This document shows positions 1 to 9,134 of a stretch of 64,000 bases of DNA, piece after piece. A program made the translations under genes and the position numbers. The notes beneath the pieces were generated by a model, which saw nothing but the letters and a program-made list of their open reading frames with translations, had not been told where the DNA came from and searched no databases. The DNA is taken from NCBI GenBank assembly GCA_963836205.1, contig CAWIIV010000025.1, forward strand, positions 25,224 to 89,223, in the 5' to 3' direction. The DNA is from an uncultured Acidimicrobiia bacterium (GTDB lineage Bacteria; Actinomycetota; Acidimicrobiia; Acidimicrobiales; AC-14). Position 1 is the first letter of the stretch; every line of letters begins with the position of its first letter.

Positions 1-280
1 GGCCCCACGCCGCGCCCGCGTTGTCGACCATCCCCCGGGCCGAGAGCCGGCGGGCGAAACCCCGACCGGGAAGGAGGGTGACGCCGAAGCCGGCTGCGGG
101 AACCATCTCCGCCTCGAGCCCCCGCTCGCTGCCGACGTAGTGGATCGACGAGGCCGCGTGCCCTCTGCCCACGAGGGCCCGGCCCACGGCCAGTCCGGGG
201 ACGACGTGGCCGGCGGTGCCACCGCCGGCCACGATCGCCCAGGTGGCTGGGTCGTCGGGCCCCTGCCCGTTGGCGCTCAC
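1..280 (-). CDS. murG: Undecaprenyl-PP-MurNAc-pentapeptide GlcNAc transferase, 5' part (truncated by window edge)
   Basis: Manual translation from GTG at 280 gives MSANG...WAIVAGGGTAGHVVPGLAVGRAL...YVGSERGLE, the MurG GGTxGH motif; GTGA overlap with the ftsW stop. Confidence 0.93.
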   Translation of the reverse strand, partial: MSANGQGPDDPATWAIVAGGGTAGHVVPGLAVGRALVGRGHAASSIHYVGSERGLEAEMVPAAGFGVTLLPGRGFARRLSARGMVDNAGAAWG

Positions 281-1872
281 CCGGGCGTCGGGGACTTGGC
301 GGGGGCGACGGCGTGGCGGGCCACGTTGAGGAGGATGCCCACCGAGGCCATCGTCACCACCAAGGAAGTCCCGCCGAAGGAGAGGAACGGCAGGGGCACG
401 CCGGTTACGGGCAGCATCCCCGTCACCGCGCCCATGTTGACCAGGGCCTGGCCGATCACCCAGGTGGTGATGCCGGCCGCCATGAGCATCCCGAAGCGGT
501 CGGGGGCCCGTAGGGCGACGCGTATTCCGAGCACGGCGAAGGCGGCGAACAGGCCGAGGACGAGCAGGGTGCCGACCAGGCCGAGCTCCTCGCCGACGAT
601 GGCGAAGATGAAGTCGGTGTGGGCGTTCGGAAGGAAGCCCCACTTGGCCCGGCTGGCTCCCAGGCCGACGCCGGCCACGTGCCCGGTGCCGAGGGCGACG
701 AGGGACTGGGCGACCTGGTAGCCGGTGTTGGACACGTCGGCCCACGGGTCGAGGAAGCCGGAGACCCGTCCCCGCCGGTAGCCGGCGCCCATGGCCAGCA
801 CCACCGCGCCAGCGGTGGACGCCACGCACACGGCGGCCATGCGGAGGAGCGGCAGTCCGGCCACGAACAGCTCGACCAGGACGATGAGGACGAGCACCAT
901 GGCCGTCCCCATGTCGGGCTGGAGCATCACCAGTCCCCCGATGGCGCCGGCCACCACCACCACCGGTCGCAGGGTGAGGTGGGACTCGTGCATGCGGTCG
1001 GAGCGGCGGGCGAGGAGGTCAGCCACGAAGACGAGGAGGGCGAACTTGGCCATCTCCGACGGCTGGAACGTGAAGACCCCGAATCCCAGCCACCGGGTGG
1101 ACCCGCTGACGTTGATGCCGACGCCCGGGATGTGGACGGCGAGCAGGAGGACGAGCGACGCCACCACCAACGGCCAGGCCAGGCGGGCCCACCGTCGGTA
1201 GTCCCACAGGGCGGTGGCGACCATCGCCCCCGTACCCACCGCCACCCACACCGCCTGCTTCTGGAAGAACACCCACGCCCCGCCGTAACTGCGCAGGGCC
1301 TCCACCGACGAGGCCGAGAGGACCATCATCAGGCCCATCACGATGAGGAGGGCGGTGACGGTGGCGAGCAGCACCCATCCCGATTCCCGGGCCCCGGCCA
1401 CGACCAGGCGATCGGGCGGCGGGGTGAACGCCTTCCGCCGGGGCGGGACGGGAGGCCGCGCCGCCGACCGGTTCCGGCGAGCGGGGGGGCGGGGGGCGGT
1501 GACACGGGGCAAGGCCGTGCGGGAGGGCTTCGTCGGCGCCAAGGGCGGCGCCAGGACCTGCGTACGCGCCGCCCGCACACCGATCGGCTTGGAACCCCGG
1601 GGCTTGGAGAACGGGGACCGCCCCGGGGCCGCGGGGCGCGCCGTACGAGTCGCCGCCGGCCGACGGACCGCGGGCGACGTGGGACGGGAATCGAACTGAC
1701 GGGCGGATGGCGCGGCGCGACGGGCCGTGGCGACGGGATTGGGTTGCCGGGCGAGGGGCGCAGCGGGGCGGGCGGTCGTGGCGGGAGCGGGTCGGCGGGC
1801 GGCGGGGCGATCATGGCGGGTACCCGTGGGTCGGTCGCGACCCGCTGCTGCTCGTCGGACTGGCAACACCAC
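277..1872 (-). CDS. ftsW: SEDS peptidoglycan polymerase FtsW with long Pro/Ala/Arg N-terminal extension; true start possibly 2267 across a frameshift
   Basis: FQPSEMAK, LQPDMGT, GYQVAQS and LPNAHTDFIFAIVGEELG motifs; position between mraY and murG. Confidence 0.95.
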   Translation of the reverse strand: MVLPVRRAAAGRDRPTGTRHDRPAARRPAPATTARPAAPLARQPNPVATARRAAPSARQFDSRPTSPAVRRPAATRTARPAAPGRSPFSKPRGSKPIGVRAARTQVLAPPLAPTKPSRTALPRVTAPRPPARRNRSAARPPVPPRRKAFTPPPDRLVVAGARESGWVLLATVTALLIVMGLMMVLSASSVEALRSYGGAWVFFQKQAVWVAVGTGAMVATALWDYRRWARLAWPLVVASLVLLLAVHIPGVGINVSGSTRWLGFGVFTFQPSEMAKFALLVFVADLLARRSDRMHESHLTLRPVVVVAGAIGGLVMLQPDMGTAMVLVLIVLVELFVAGLPLLRMAAVCVASTAGAVVLAMGAGYRRGRVSGFLDPWADVSNTGYQVAQSLVALGTGHVAGVGLGASRAKWGFLPNAHTDFIFAIVGEELGLVGTLLVLGLFAAFAVLGIRVALRAPDRFGMLMAAGITTWVIGQALVNMGAVTGMLPVTGVPLPFLSFGGTSLVVTMASVGILLNVARHAVAPAKSPTPG

Positions 1873-2263
1873 GTGGCGGGCGAACGGCGACGTCCGACGG
1901 TTGGACTGCGTCCCGCTACCGCCCGCGGTGGCGCTTCCGCGCCCGGCGGGCGCGGCCTTTCGGGCTGGGGTCGGTCGCCGGGCGGCGGGGGCGGGGGGGG
2001 CGGGTCGGCGGGCGGGGGGGCGGGGGGGGCGGGTCGGCGGGCGGGGGGGGCGACGAGACGGGCGGCGGGAGCGAGGCGGCGGGGCCCCGTCTGACGCAGG
2101 CGAGGGGCGGGGGCCGACAGGGGCAGGAGGGCGGTGGCGGTGGCCGGGCGGCGGGTGAGGCGGGCGGCCAGGTCCCGGGCCGCCTGGGTGGCGGGGTCGA
2201 GGATCCCGCGATCGACCGTCGCCAGCGGCGATCCCGGCCGCGAGCGCGTCGGGCGTGTCGGCT

Positions 2264-3310
2264 TCATCCGCCCGTTCCCATCAGTCGGCACACCCCGGCG
2301 GAGAGGAAGTTGGCGTAGAAGAGGCCGATGGCCAGGGCCGTGAGCAGCGAGGCCAGGATCCAGAAGCGGACGATCACGGTGGTCTCGGGCCAGCCGATGA
2401 GCTCGAAGTGGTGGTGGATCGGCGCCATCCGGAACACCCGGATGTGCCAGATCCGGAACCCGATCACCTGCACCACGACCGACATGGTGATCATCACGAA
2501 CAGTCCGCCGACGACTGGGAGCAGCAGGTGGGTGTTGGTGGTGAGCGCGAGCGCGCCGAGGCCGGCCCCGATACCCAGCGACCCGGTGTCACCCATGAAG
2601 ATCTTGGCCGGGGCCGCGTTCCACCACAGGAACCCGGCGCACGCCCCGGTGACCGAGGCGGCCACGATCGACAGGTCGAGGGCGGGCCCGAGGAAGTAGC
2701 AGGACTCGTGACGGAACTGCCAGAAGGCGATGAACACGAAGGCGGAGAAGGCGTACATGGCCGATCCCGCGGCTAGCCCGTCGAGGCCGTCGGACAGGTT
2801 CACCGCGTTGGCCGCGGCCATCAGGACCAGCACCGCCCACACCAGGTAGACGGGGTCGCTCAGGTCGATTCCGACGGTGCGGGCGAAGGACAGGTCGGTC
2901 CGGACCTTGGCCTTGTACACCGCCAGCAGGGCAAAGGTGAGGAAGACGATCGTCAGGCCGAGGGTCTTGGCCATCTTGTTCAGTCCCAGGCTGCGCTGGC
3001 GGGAGATCTTGATCCAGTCGTCGACCAGTCCCACCGCGCCTGCCCCGACCATCACCGTGATCACGAGGACCCCGGCGGCGGTGAACACCGCACCGGTGTT
3101 GACGTGGGCCGCCACGTAGCCGGCCACCACCGCGGCCAGGATCGCGATCCCACCCATGGTGGGCGTGCCCGCCTTGGTCAGGTGGCCCTGGGGGCCGTCC
3201 TCCCGGATCTGCTGGCCGATGCCGCGCACCTGGAACGAGCGGATGAGGATCGGCGTCCCGAGGATGGCCACCATGAGGGCCACGCTGCCGGCGATGAGGA
3301 GGGCGACCAT
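2264..3310 (-). CDS. mraY: Phospho-N-acetylmuramoyl-pentapeptide transferase
   Basis: KAGTPTMGG, NAVNLSDGLDGL, IFMGDTGS and APIHHHFE motifs. Confidence 0.97.
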   Translation of the reverse strand: MVALLIAGSVALMVAILGTPILIRSFQVRGIGQQIREDGPQGHLTKAGTPTMGGIAILAAVVAGYVAAHVNTGAVFTAAGVLVITVMVGAGAVGLVDDWIKISRQRSLGLNKMAKTLGLTIVFLTFALLAVYKAKVRTDLSFARTVGIDLSDPVYLVWAVLVLMAAANAVNLSDGLDGLAAGSAMYAFSAFVFIAFWQFRHESCYFLGPALDLSIVAASVTGACAGFLWWNAAPAKIFMGDTGSLGIGAGLGALALTTNTHLLLPVVGGLFVMITMSVVVQVIGFRIWHIRVFRMAPIHHHFELIGWPETTVIVRFWILASLLTALAIGLFYANFLSAGVCRLMGTGG

Positions 3311-4732
3311 CTAGCTCCCCGCCCCCACGGCCAGGCGCTCGAGCTCCTCGGCCGCCACCACCCGGTCGTCGAAGGCCACGACCTGGTCACCCGTGACCTG
3401 GGTGGTCTCGTGGCCCTTGCCTGCGACCACGACCACGTCGCCCGGCCGGGCACCGGCGAGGGCGAGGGCGATGGCCGCCCGCCGGTCGGGCTCGACGACG
3501 ACGACGTCCGGCCGCTCGACCCCGGCCAGCACCTCGTCGACGATGGCCTCGGGGCGCTCCGATCGCGGGTTGTCGGACGTGACCACCGCCCGGTCGGCCA
3601 GTCGGGAGGCGACCTCGCCCATCAGCGGCCGCTTGGCGTGGTCACGGTCGCCGCCGCACCCGAACACCACCACCACCCGCCCGCGCTCGCCGGCCACCTC
3701 ACGGGCGGCCGACAGGCACGCTTCCAGCCCCGCGGGCGTGTGGGCGTAGTCGACAAACACCCGGAACGGCTGCCCCCGGTCGACGGACTCGAAGCGGCCG
3801 GGCACGACCCGGGCCGACGAGAGTCCGGCGGCCACCGCATCGGCGGGCACGTCGAGCTCGCGGGCGGCGGTGGCCGCGGCCAGGGCGTTGGCCACGTTGA
3901 ACGTCCCCCCCGGGCGCAGCCACACCGGGTGCCCGTCCCACAGGAAACGGGCTCCGTCGGGATCCAACTCGAGCCCGGCCGCGTCGGCCAGGGAGAAGCT
4001 GCGGGTGGGGAGGCGGGCGGCGGCCAAGAGGCGGCGGCCCCACGGGTCGTCGGCGTTCACCACCGCCACCCGAGCCCGCTCGGGTGAGAAGAGGGCGGCC
4101 TTGCTGGCGAAATAGTCGTCCATGCCGGCGTGGAAGTCGAGGTGTTCAGGGCTGAGGTTGGTGAACACGGCCACCGAAAACCAGACGGCGTCCACCCGGT
4201 GCAGGGCCAGGGCGTGGGACGAGACCTCGAGGGCGACGGCGGCGACGCCCCGGTCGGCGGCCCCGGCCAGGGCGGCCTGCAGCTCGGTGGACTCGGGCGT
4301 GGTGCGGGGCCCGGACAGGGTGCCGATGACCTCGGCCGGCCGGCCGTCGGCCTCCAGCACCGCCTTGAGCAGGTGGGTGGTGGTGGTCTTGCCGTTGGTG
4401 CCGGTGACGCCGACCACCGCCACCCGCCGGGACGGGTGCCCGTGGAACGCGGCCGCCACCCGGGCCATCGCCGCTCGGGTGTCGGCGACCACCACCTGAG
4501 CCACCGCCCCGCCGATGTCGAGCGTCCGTTCGCACAGCAACGCCACCGCACCGGCCGCCACGGCCGCGGGGGCGAAGTCGTGGCCGTCGGCCTTCCCGCC
4601 CCGGATGCAGCAGAACAGCGATCCGGGAACGACGGCCTGGGAGGCGGAGGTGACGGCGGCGACGTCCGCCCCCGAGTGGTTTCCCCGGAGCTCCAGCACC
4701 TCGACCTCGCCCAGCAGCTGGTCGAGGCGCAC
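3311..4732 (-). CDS. murE: UDP-MurNAc-tripeptide synthetase (meso-DAP type)
   Basis: GVTGTNGKTTT, EVSSH, DYAHTP, FGCGGDRD, DNPR and GKGHE motifs; start at GTG 4732 (alternative 4744); the 1052-aa track ORF is over-extended. Confidence 0.95.
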   Translation of the reverse strand: MRLDQLLGEVEVLELRGNHSGADVAAVTSASQAVVPGSLFCCIRGGKADGHDFAPAAVAAGAVALLCERTLDIGGAVAQVVVADTRAAMARVAAAFHGHPSRRVAVVGVTGTNGKTTTTHLLKAVLEADGRPAEVIGTLSGPRTTPESTELQAALAGAADRGVAAVALEVSSHALALHRVDAVWFSVAVFTNLSPEHLDFHAGMDDYFASKAALFSPERARVAVVNADDPWGRRLLAAARLPTRSFSLADAAGLELDPDGARFLWDGHPVWLRPGGTFNVANALAAATAARELDVPADAVAAGLSSARVVPGRFESVDRGQPFRVFVDYAHTPAGLEACLSAAREVAGERGRVVVVFGCGGDRDHAKRPLMGEVASRLADRAVVTSDNPRSERPEAIVDEVLAGVERPDVVVVEPDRRAAIALALAGARPGDVVVVAGKGHETTQVTGDQVVAFDDRVVAAEELERLAVGAGS

Positions 4733-4791
4733 GGGCGGCGTCACTCGCTCCGGGCCGAACGGAGCGGCGCCTGGTGGGGTCGGATCACGGT

Positions 4792-6537
4792 TCAGGCTCT
4801 CGTGGGCGAAAGCCCGAGCGTACCGGCCGCCGGGTCCCGGCTCGACGACGTGGCCAGGGGGGCGTCGGTCGTCGGCTTGGGCGGGACGTCGAACAGGCGG
4901 GTACCCGTGGCCGCCAGCTTGGCGAACACGGGGGCCGACACCAGCCCCCCGTAGTAAGGAGTCGGCTCGTCGAGGACGACGATGGCCGACAGGCGGGGGG
5001 CGGAGGCGGGCACGAACCCGGCGAAGCTGGCCACGTAGGCGCCGTCCTGGTAGCCGAGGGCGTTGTCCTTGGGCTTGCGGGCGGTTCCCGTCTTGCCGGC
5101 CACCGTGTAGTTGGGGAAGGCGGCCGCGGAGCCGGTGCCCTCGGCCACCGCGTCCACGAGCATCTTGGTGACGGCGGCCGCAGTCTCGGCCGACACCACC
5201 CGCCGGCCCTTCTCGACATTGGGCTCGTGCAGCTCGCCGGAGGCGTCGACGATGCCTCGCACCAGGCGGGGGGCCACGTACGTGCCTCCGTTGGCGATGG
5301 TGTTGTAGGCGCCCAGCATCTGCAAGGCGGTGACGGCCACTCCCATGCCGATGGGCAGGGTGGCGATCGTCGTCCCCGACCAGTCGTCGGGGGCGGGGAG
5401 GATGCCGCCCGACTCGCCCGGGAAGTCGAGGGCCGTCTGGTCGGCCAGGCCGAACTGGGTGAGGTACTGGTTGATGCGGTCCTTGCCCAGCTTCTGGCCG
5501 ATCATGATCGTTCCCACGTTCGACGACTCGGCCATGATCTCGTCGACGGACCAGTAGGCGGGTTCGTGGTGCTCGTCGTCCTGGAAGACGGCGTCGGCCA
5601 CCCGGTAGCTGTCGGGGACGCTCAGGCGGGTGCCGCCCTCCACCAGCCCCTCCTCCACCGCGCCGGAGATGGTGACCACCTTGTTCGTCGACCCCGGCTC
5701 GTAGACCCGGGTGACGGCCATGTTGTCGAAGCTGGGCGTGGGCGGGCCGCCGTTCTTGCCCGCGTCGAGGTTGGCCAGGGCCAGGATCTCCCCGGAGCGG
5801 GGGTCCATGACGATGGCGATGCCGCCTTTGGCGTGGGCGGCAAAGATCTGCTCGCCCAGGATTCGCTCCGTTTCGTACTGCATGGCCTGGTCGATGGTGA
5901 GGACGAGGTTGTCGCCCCGCTTGGGCGGCTGGAGCTGACGGGTGCCGTCGGCGATGTCGTTGCCGGCGATGTCCTTCTCCACCAACAGCTCGCCGGGATG
6001 GCCGGTGAGCTGCTCGTCGTACTGGAGCTCGAGGCCGGACAGGCCCACCGCGTCGCTGCCCACCTCGCCCAGGACGGGCGCGGCCAGGGTCGCCGACGGC
6101 AGGAAGCGCTGCGGCTCCTCCAGGAGGAACACGCCGGCCAGGTCGAGGGCGCGGACGGCGTCGGCGACCTGGTCCTCCACCGTGCGGGCCAGGTAGGCGA
6201 ACTCGGTGTCCTCGGTGAGCATGGCGAAGAGCTCGGCCTCGGGCAGGTCGAGCACGGGTGCGAGGGCGATGGCGGCTGCGGCCGGGTCCTTCACGAGGGA
6301 CGGGTCGGCCCACACCGTCTGCCGATTGATGGAGATGGCGAGCTCGGTGCCGTTGCGGTCGAGGATCGACCCCCGGTCGGCGGGCAGGACCCGCGACTCG
6401 AGGCGCTGGGACTCGCCGAAGACGGCGTACCGCTCGGCCGACACCACCTGGACGTCGGCCAGCCGCCACACCAGGCCGGCGAAGGCGATGGCCATGGCCA
6501 CCAGGAGCGCCACCAGGCGGTGGCGTGGGACGGTCAC
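4792..6537 (-). CDS. ftsI: Class B penicillin-binding protein
   Basis: N-terminal TM segment, RGSILDRNG, EPGSTNK (SxxK), SSN and KTG motifs. Confidence 0.95.
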   Translation of the reverse strand: MTVPRHRLVALLVAMAIAFAGLVWRLADVQVVSAERYAVFGESQRLESRVLPADRGSILDRNGTELAISINRQTVWADPSLVKDPAAAAIALAPVLDLPEAELFAMLTEDTEFAYLARTVEDQVADAVRALDLAGVFLLEEPQRFLPSATLAAPVLGEVGSDAVGLSGLELQYDEQLTGHPGELLVEKDIAGNDIADGTRQLQPPKRGDNLVLTIDQAMQYETERILGEQIFAAHAKGGIAIVMDPRSGEILALANLDAGKNGGPPTPSFDNMAVTRVYEPGSTNKVVTISGAVEEGLVEGGTRLSVPDSYRVADAVFQDDEHHEPAYWSVDEIMAESSNVGTIMIGQKLGKDRINQYLTQFGLADQTALDFPGESGGILPAPDDWSGTTIATLPIGMGVAVTALQMLGAYNTIANGGTYVAPRLVRGIVDASGELHEPNVEKGRRVVSAETAAAVTKMLVDAVAEGTGSAAAFPNYTVAGKTGTARKPKDNALGYQDGAYVASFAGFVPASAPRLSAIVVLDEPTPYYGGLVSAPVFAKLAATGTRLFDVPPKPTTDAPLATSSSRDPAAGTLGLSPTRA

Positions 6538-6539
6538 GT

Positions 6540-7472
6540 TCAGCCGGCCGGGGCGGGCGGCTGGGCTTCGGTCAGGGAGACCGGGGGCAGGGGCGGGAGG
6601 TAGACGACGGCCGCGGGCGTGATCATCCCCAGGCGGGACTTGGCCTCGGCCACGATCCGGGACGGGGACTCGAGCCGGGCCACGTCGAGGCGTAGGCGCT
6701 GGTTCTCGGCCTGGGCCGCCGTCACCTGGGACTCGAGGGTGTCGAGCGGCCCCTGACCCTGGGCCAGGAGGACTCGCACCCCCACGATGGCGAACAGGCC
6801 GGCGCAGGCAAGACCGATGAAGGCGCCCACCCACAGCCGCCGGCGCCGCCGGGAGGTCGCCTCGGTGGCGGGGGGTCCGACGATCCGCAGGGGCGTCCGC
6901 CGGGTGGGCGTCGTCCGGGGCTGGGGCGCGGTCAGGGGCAACGGCCGGGCGGTGGCGGCCGCGCCGGTAGGAGCGTCGGCGGGGGCGGTGGTGGTCGTCC
7001 GGGACGAGGTGGCGCGCCGGGGGGCGGCCGAAGTTCCGGCGGACGCCCGGGTCGCGGCGACGGGCCGAGTTGCCGGGACGCGGTCGGGCGCGGCGGTGGA
7101 CGCCCGGGAGGCGCGCCGCGTGGCCGGGGCGACGCGGTTGGCGGTGGCCGTGGTTGCCGAGGCGCGCCGGGTGGCCGGGGCGGCGCGGTCGGGCGCGGCG
7201 GTGGCAGTGGTGGCGGCGCGCGTGCCGGTTCGGGTGGTGGGGGCGGGGCGGCGGGCGGTCGGTGCCACCGTGGTGGCAGTGAGGACCTCGGCGCGGGTCC
7301 GGGTGGTGGGAGCGGTCCGGCGGGGCCCCGGGGCCGCCGTCCCGGGCGTGCGACCGGCGGCAGTGGCGGTCACACGGTCCCGGGTCGGGGCGGCCTGGGG
7401 GTTTCGGGGGGCCTGGTTTCGGGGGGCCTGGGCGTCTCGCGGTGGCCGAACGACGGCACGGGTGGCGGTCAT
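6540..7472 (-). CDS. ftsL: FtsL-like division protein with ~210-aa Thr/Ala/Arg/Pro N-terminal tail
   Basis: Between rsmH and ftsI; TM then coiled coil ending RLESPSRIVAEAKSRLGM; ATG 7472 has a GAGGA RBS and ATGA overlap with rsmH. Confidence 0.82.
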   Translation of the reverse strand: MTATRAVVRPPRDAQAPRNQAPRNPQAAPTRDRVTATAAGRTPGTAAPGPRRTAPTTRTRAEVLTATTVAPTARRPAPTTRTGTRAATTATAAPDRAAPATRRASATTATANRVAPATRRASRASTAAPDRVPATRPVAATRASAGTSAAPRRATSSRTTTTAPADAPTGAAATARPLPLTAPQPRTTPTRRTPLRIVGPPATEATSRRRRRLWVGAFIGLACAGLFAIVGVRVLLAQGQGPLDTLESQVTAAQAENQRLRLDVARLESPSRIVAEAKSRLGMITPAAVVYLPPLPPVSLTEAQPPAPAG

Positions 7473-8425
7473 GTGCTTGTCCTCAACTTCTCGACTGCCC
7501 GCAGGCGGGCGCTCTCGGCTCGACGGTTGGCGGCCACCTCGGCCGCGGTCGGCTTGTGGACACCCCGCCACAGCAGGCGGACGGTGGGCTCGGCCCCGCA
7601 GACGCACGGCAGCCCGGGCGGGCAGGTGCAGCCACCGGTGGCGGCGGTCACGAACGCCTCCTTCACCAACCGGTCCTCCCCCGAGTGGTAGGCCAGGACC
7701 GCGACCCGCCCGCCGGCAACCAGCAGGTCGAGGGCCTGGTCGAGGGCCCGGGGGATGACGGCCAGCTCGGCGTTGACCTCCATGCGGAGGGCCTGGAAGG
7801 TGCGCCGGGCCGGGTGCCCGCCGGTGCGGCGGGCGGCGGCGGGAATAGCCGAGCGCACCACCTCGGCCAGCTCGGCCGTCGTCGTGAGGGGGCGGGCGGC
7901 GATGATGGCCCGGGCGACGCGGGCCGAGAACCGTTCCCCGCCGAAGCGGGCGATGAGCTCGGCGAGGGGCTCGAAGGCGTAGCCGTTGACGACGTCGGCC
8001 GCGGAGAACGGCTCGGTGCGGTCCATCCGCATGTCGATGGGGCCGTCGCCCCGGTAGCTGAACCCGCGGTCGGCCCGGTCGAGCTGCATGGAGCTGACGC
8101 CCAGGTCGAACAGGACGCCGGACACCTGGTCATGGCCGAGGCCCCGGACGACGTCCGCCAGGGTGTCGAACCGTGCGTGGACCAAGGTAACGCGGCCCCC
8201 GAACCGGGCGGTGGCGACGCTCGCCGTCCTCAGGGCGTCCTCGTCCCGGTCCAGTCCGATCACGGAGAGGTCGGATCGAGCCGCGAGGAGGGCTGACGAA
8301 TGGCCGCCCGCCCCCACCGTGGCGTCGACGATCACGCCCTCCGGCACCGGCCGGAAGACGTCCACCACCTCGTCCAGCATCACCGGGAGGTGTTCGGGTG
8401 CGGTACCGGTTGCGTTCATCCGCAA
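7469..8425 (-). CDS. rsmH: 16S rRNA m4C1402 methyltransferase
   Basis: HLPVML, DATVGAGGHS, DLGVSSMQLD, RTFQALRMEVN and YHSGEDR motifs. Confidence 0.97.
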   Translation of the reverse strand: MRMNATGTAPEHLPVMLDEVVDVFRPVPEGVIVDATVGAGGHSSALLAARSDLSVIGLDRDEDALRTASVATARFGGRVTLVHARFDTLADVVRGLGHDQVSGVLFDLGVSSMQLDRADRGFSYRGDGPIDMRMDRTEPFSAADVVNGYAFEPLAELIARFGGERFSARVARAIIAARPLTTTAELAEVVRSAIPAAARRTGGHPARRTFQALRMEVNAELAVIPRALDQALDLLVAGGRVAVLAYHSGEDRLVKEAFVTAATGGCTCPPGLPCVCGAEPTVRLLWRGVHKPTAAEVAANRRAESARLRAVEKLRTST

Positions 8426-8550
8426 CCCCCCGACCGGGGCATCGCCGAGATCCGTTCTCGACTGTGGAAGGGGCGAAGAGGGGGGTCTTCCCGCTTTCCG
8501 GTCGGAGGGTTGCGCATGGGCGCAGCCCGTAGTGCCTCACGAGGACTGCC

Positions 8551-8967
8551 TCACGAGGCGGTGCTTCCGTGCAGGGCGGACTCCCCCGCCCCCTTGGCCC
8601 GCTCCCAGGCGGCCACGTCCCAGAGCTCGACGTGGTCCCACGCACCGGTGACCACGACCTGCTTCTCCAGCTCCAACCCCGCGTACTGGCGCAGGTTGCC
8701 GGGGATTGCGATCCGCCCCTGCCGGTCGGGGCTGGCTTCCTGGGCCCCGGCGAAGAAGACTCGGGCCATGGCCCGCTCCACGTCCGAACCCTTGGCCCGC
8801 TCCTTCATCTCCTCGGCCCGGACCTGGAACTCGGCCGGCGTCCACAGCGCCAGGCAGCCGTCCATCTGGCTGGTCACGTACGCCTGCGACAGCAGGTCCC
8901 GGAACCGCGCCGGGAGGATCAGCCTTCCTTTGGGATCGAGGGAGTGCAGGAACTCCCCAAGGAACAT
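8551..8967 (-). CDS. mraZ: Division/cell wall cluster transcriptional regulator
   Basis: Two DxxxR motifs (LDPKGRL, PDRQGRI); first gene of the dcw cluster. Confidence 0.96.
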   Translation of the reverse strand: MFLGEFLHSLDPKGRLILPARFRDLLSQAYVTSQMDGCLALWTPAEFQVRAEEMKERAKGSDVERAMARVFFAGAQEASPDRQGRIAIPGNLRQYAGLELEKQVVVTGAWDHVELWDVAAWERAKGAGESALHGSTAS

Positions 8968-9009
8968 TCGTCACCCACTCGCCCTCGTGATGGTCGACTA
9001 ATCGCGGTC

Positions 9010-9051
9010 GGAAGTGGGGAGCCCTCCCCACTTCCCACCACTTCGTGCCAC
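9010..9051 (-). promoter_or_regulatory. Putative MraZ operator: GTGG boxes at 10-bp period plus an 11-bp inverted repeat
   Basis: Minus strand reads GTGGCACGAA GTGGTGGGAA GTGGGGAGGG; plus strand GGAAGTGGGGA-GCCC-TCCCCACTTCC at 9010-9035. Confidence 0.7.
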
Positions 9052-9134
9052 ATTTAATCCCTCACGCGCCACCGGGTCAACCCCACGGCGGCTGCCGTGG
9101 TTCGACGGCGCCGTTTTCGGGCGATGATCAGGCC

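Noticed and set aside
3311-6469. 1052-aa ORF suggesting an FtsI-MurE fusion or giant MurE
   Set aside because: The upstream part is an off-frame shadow of ftsI, which has its own stop at 4792; MurE homology starts at about 4732
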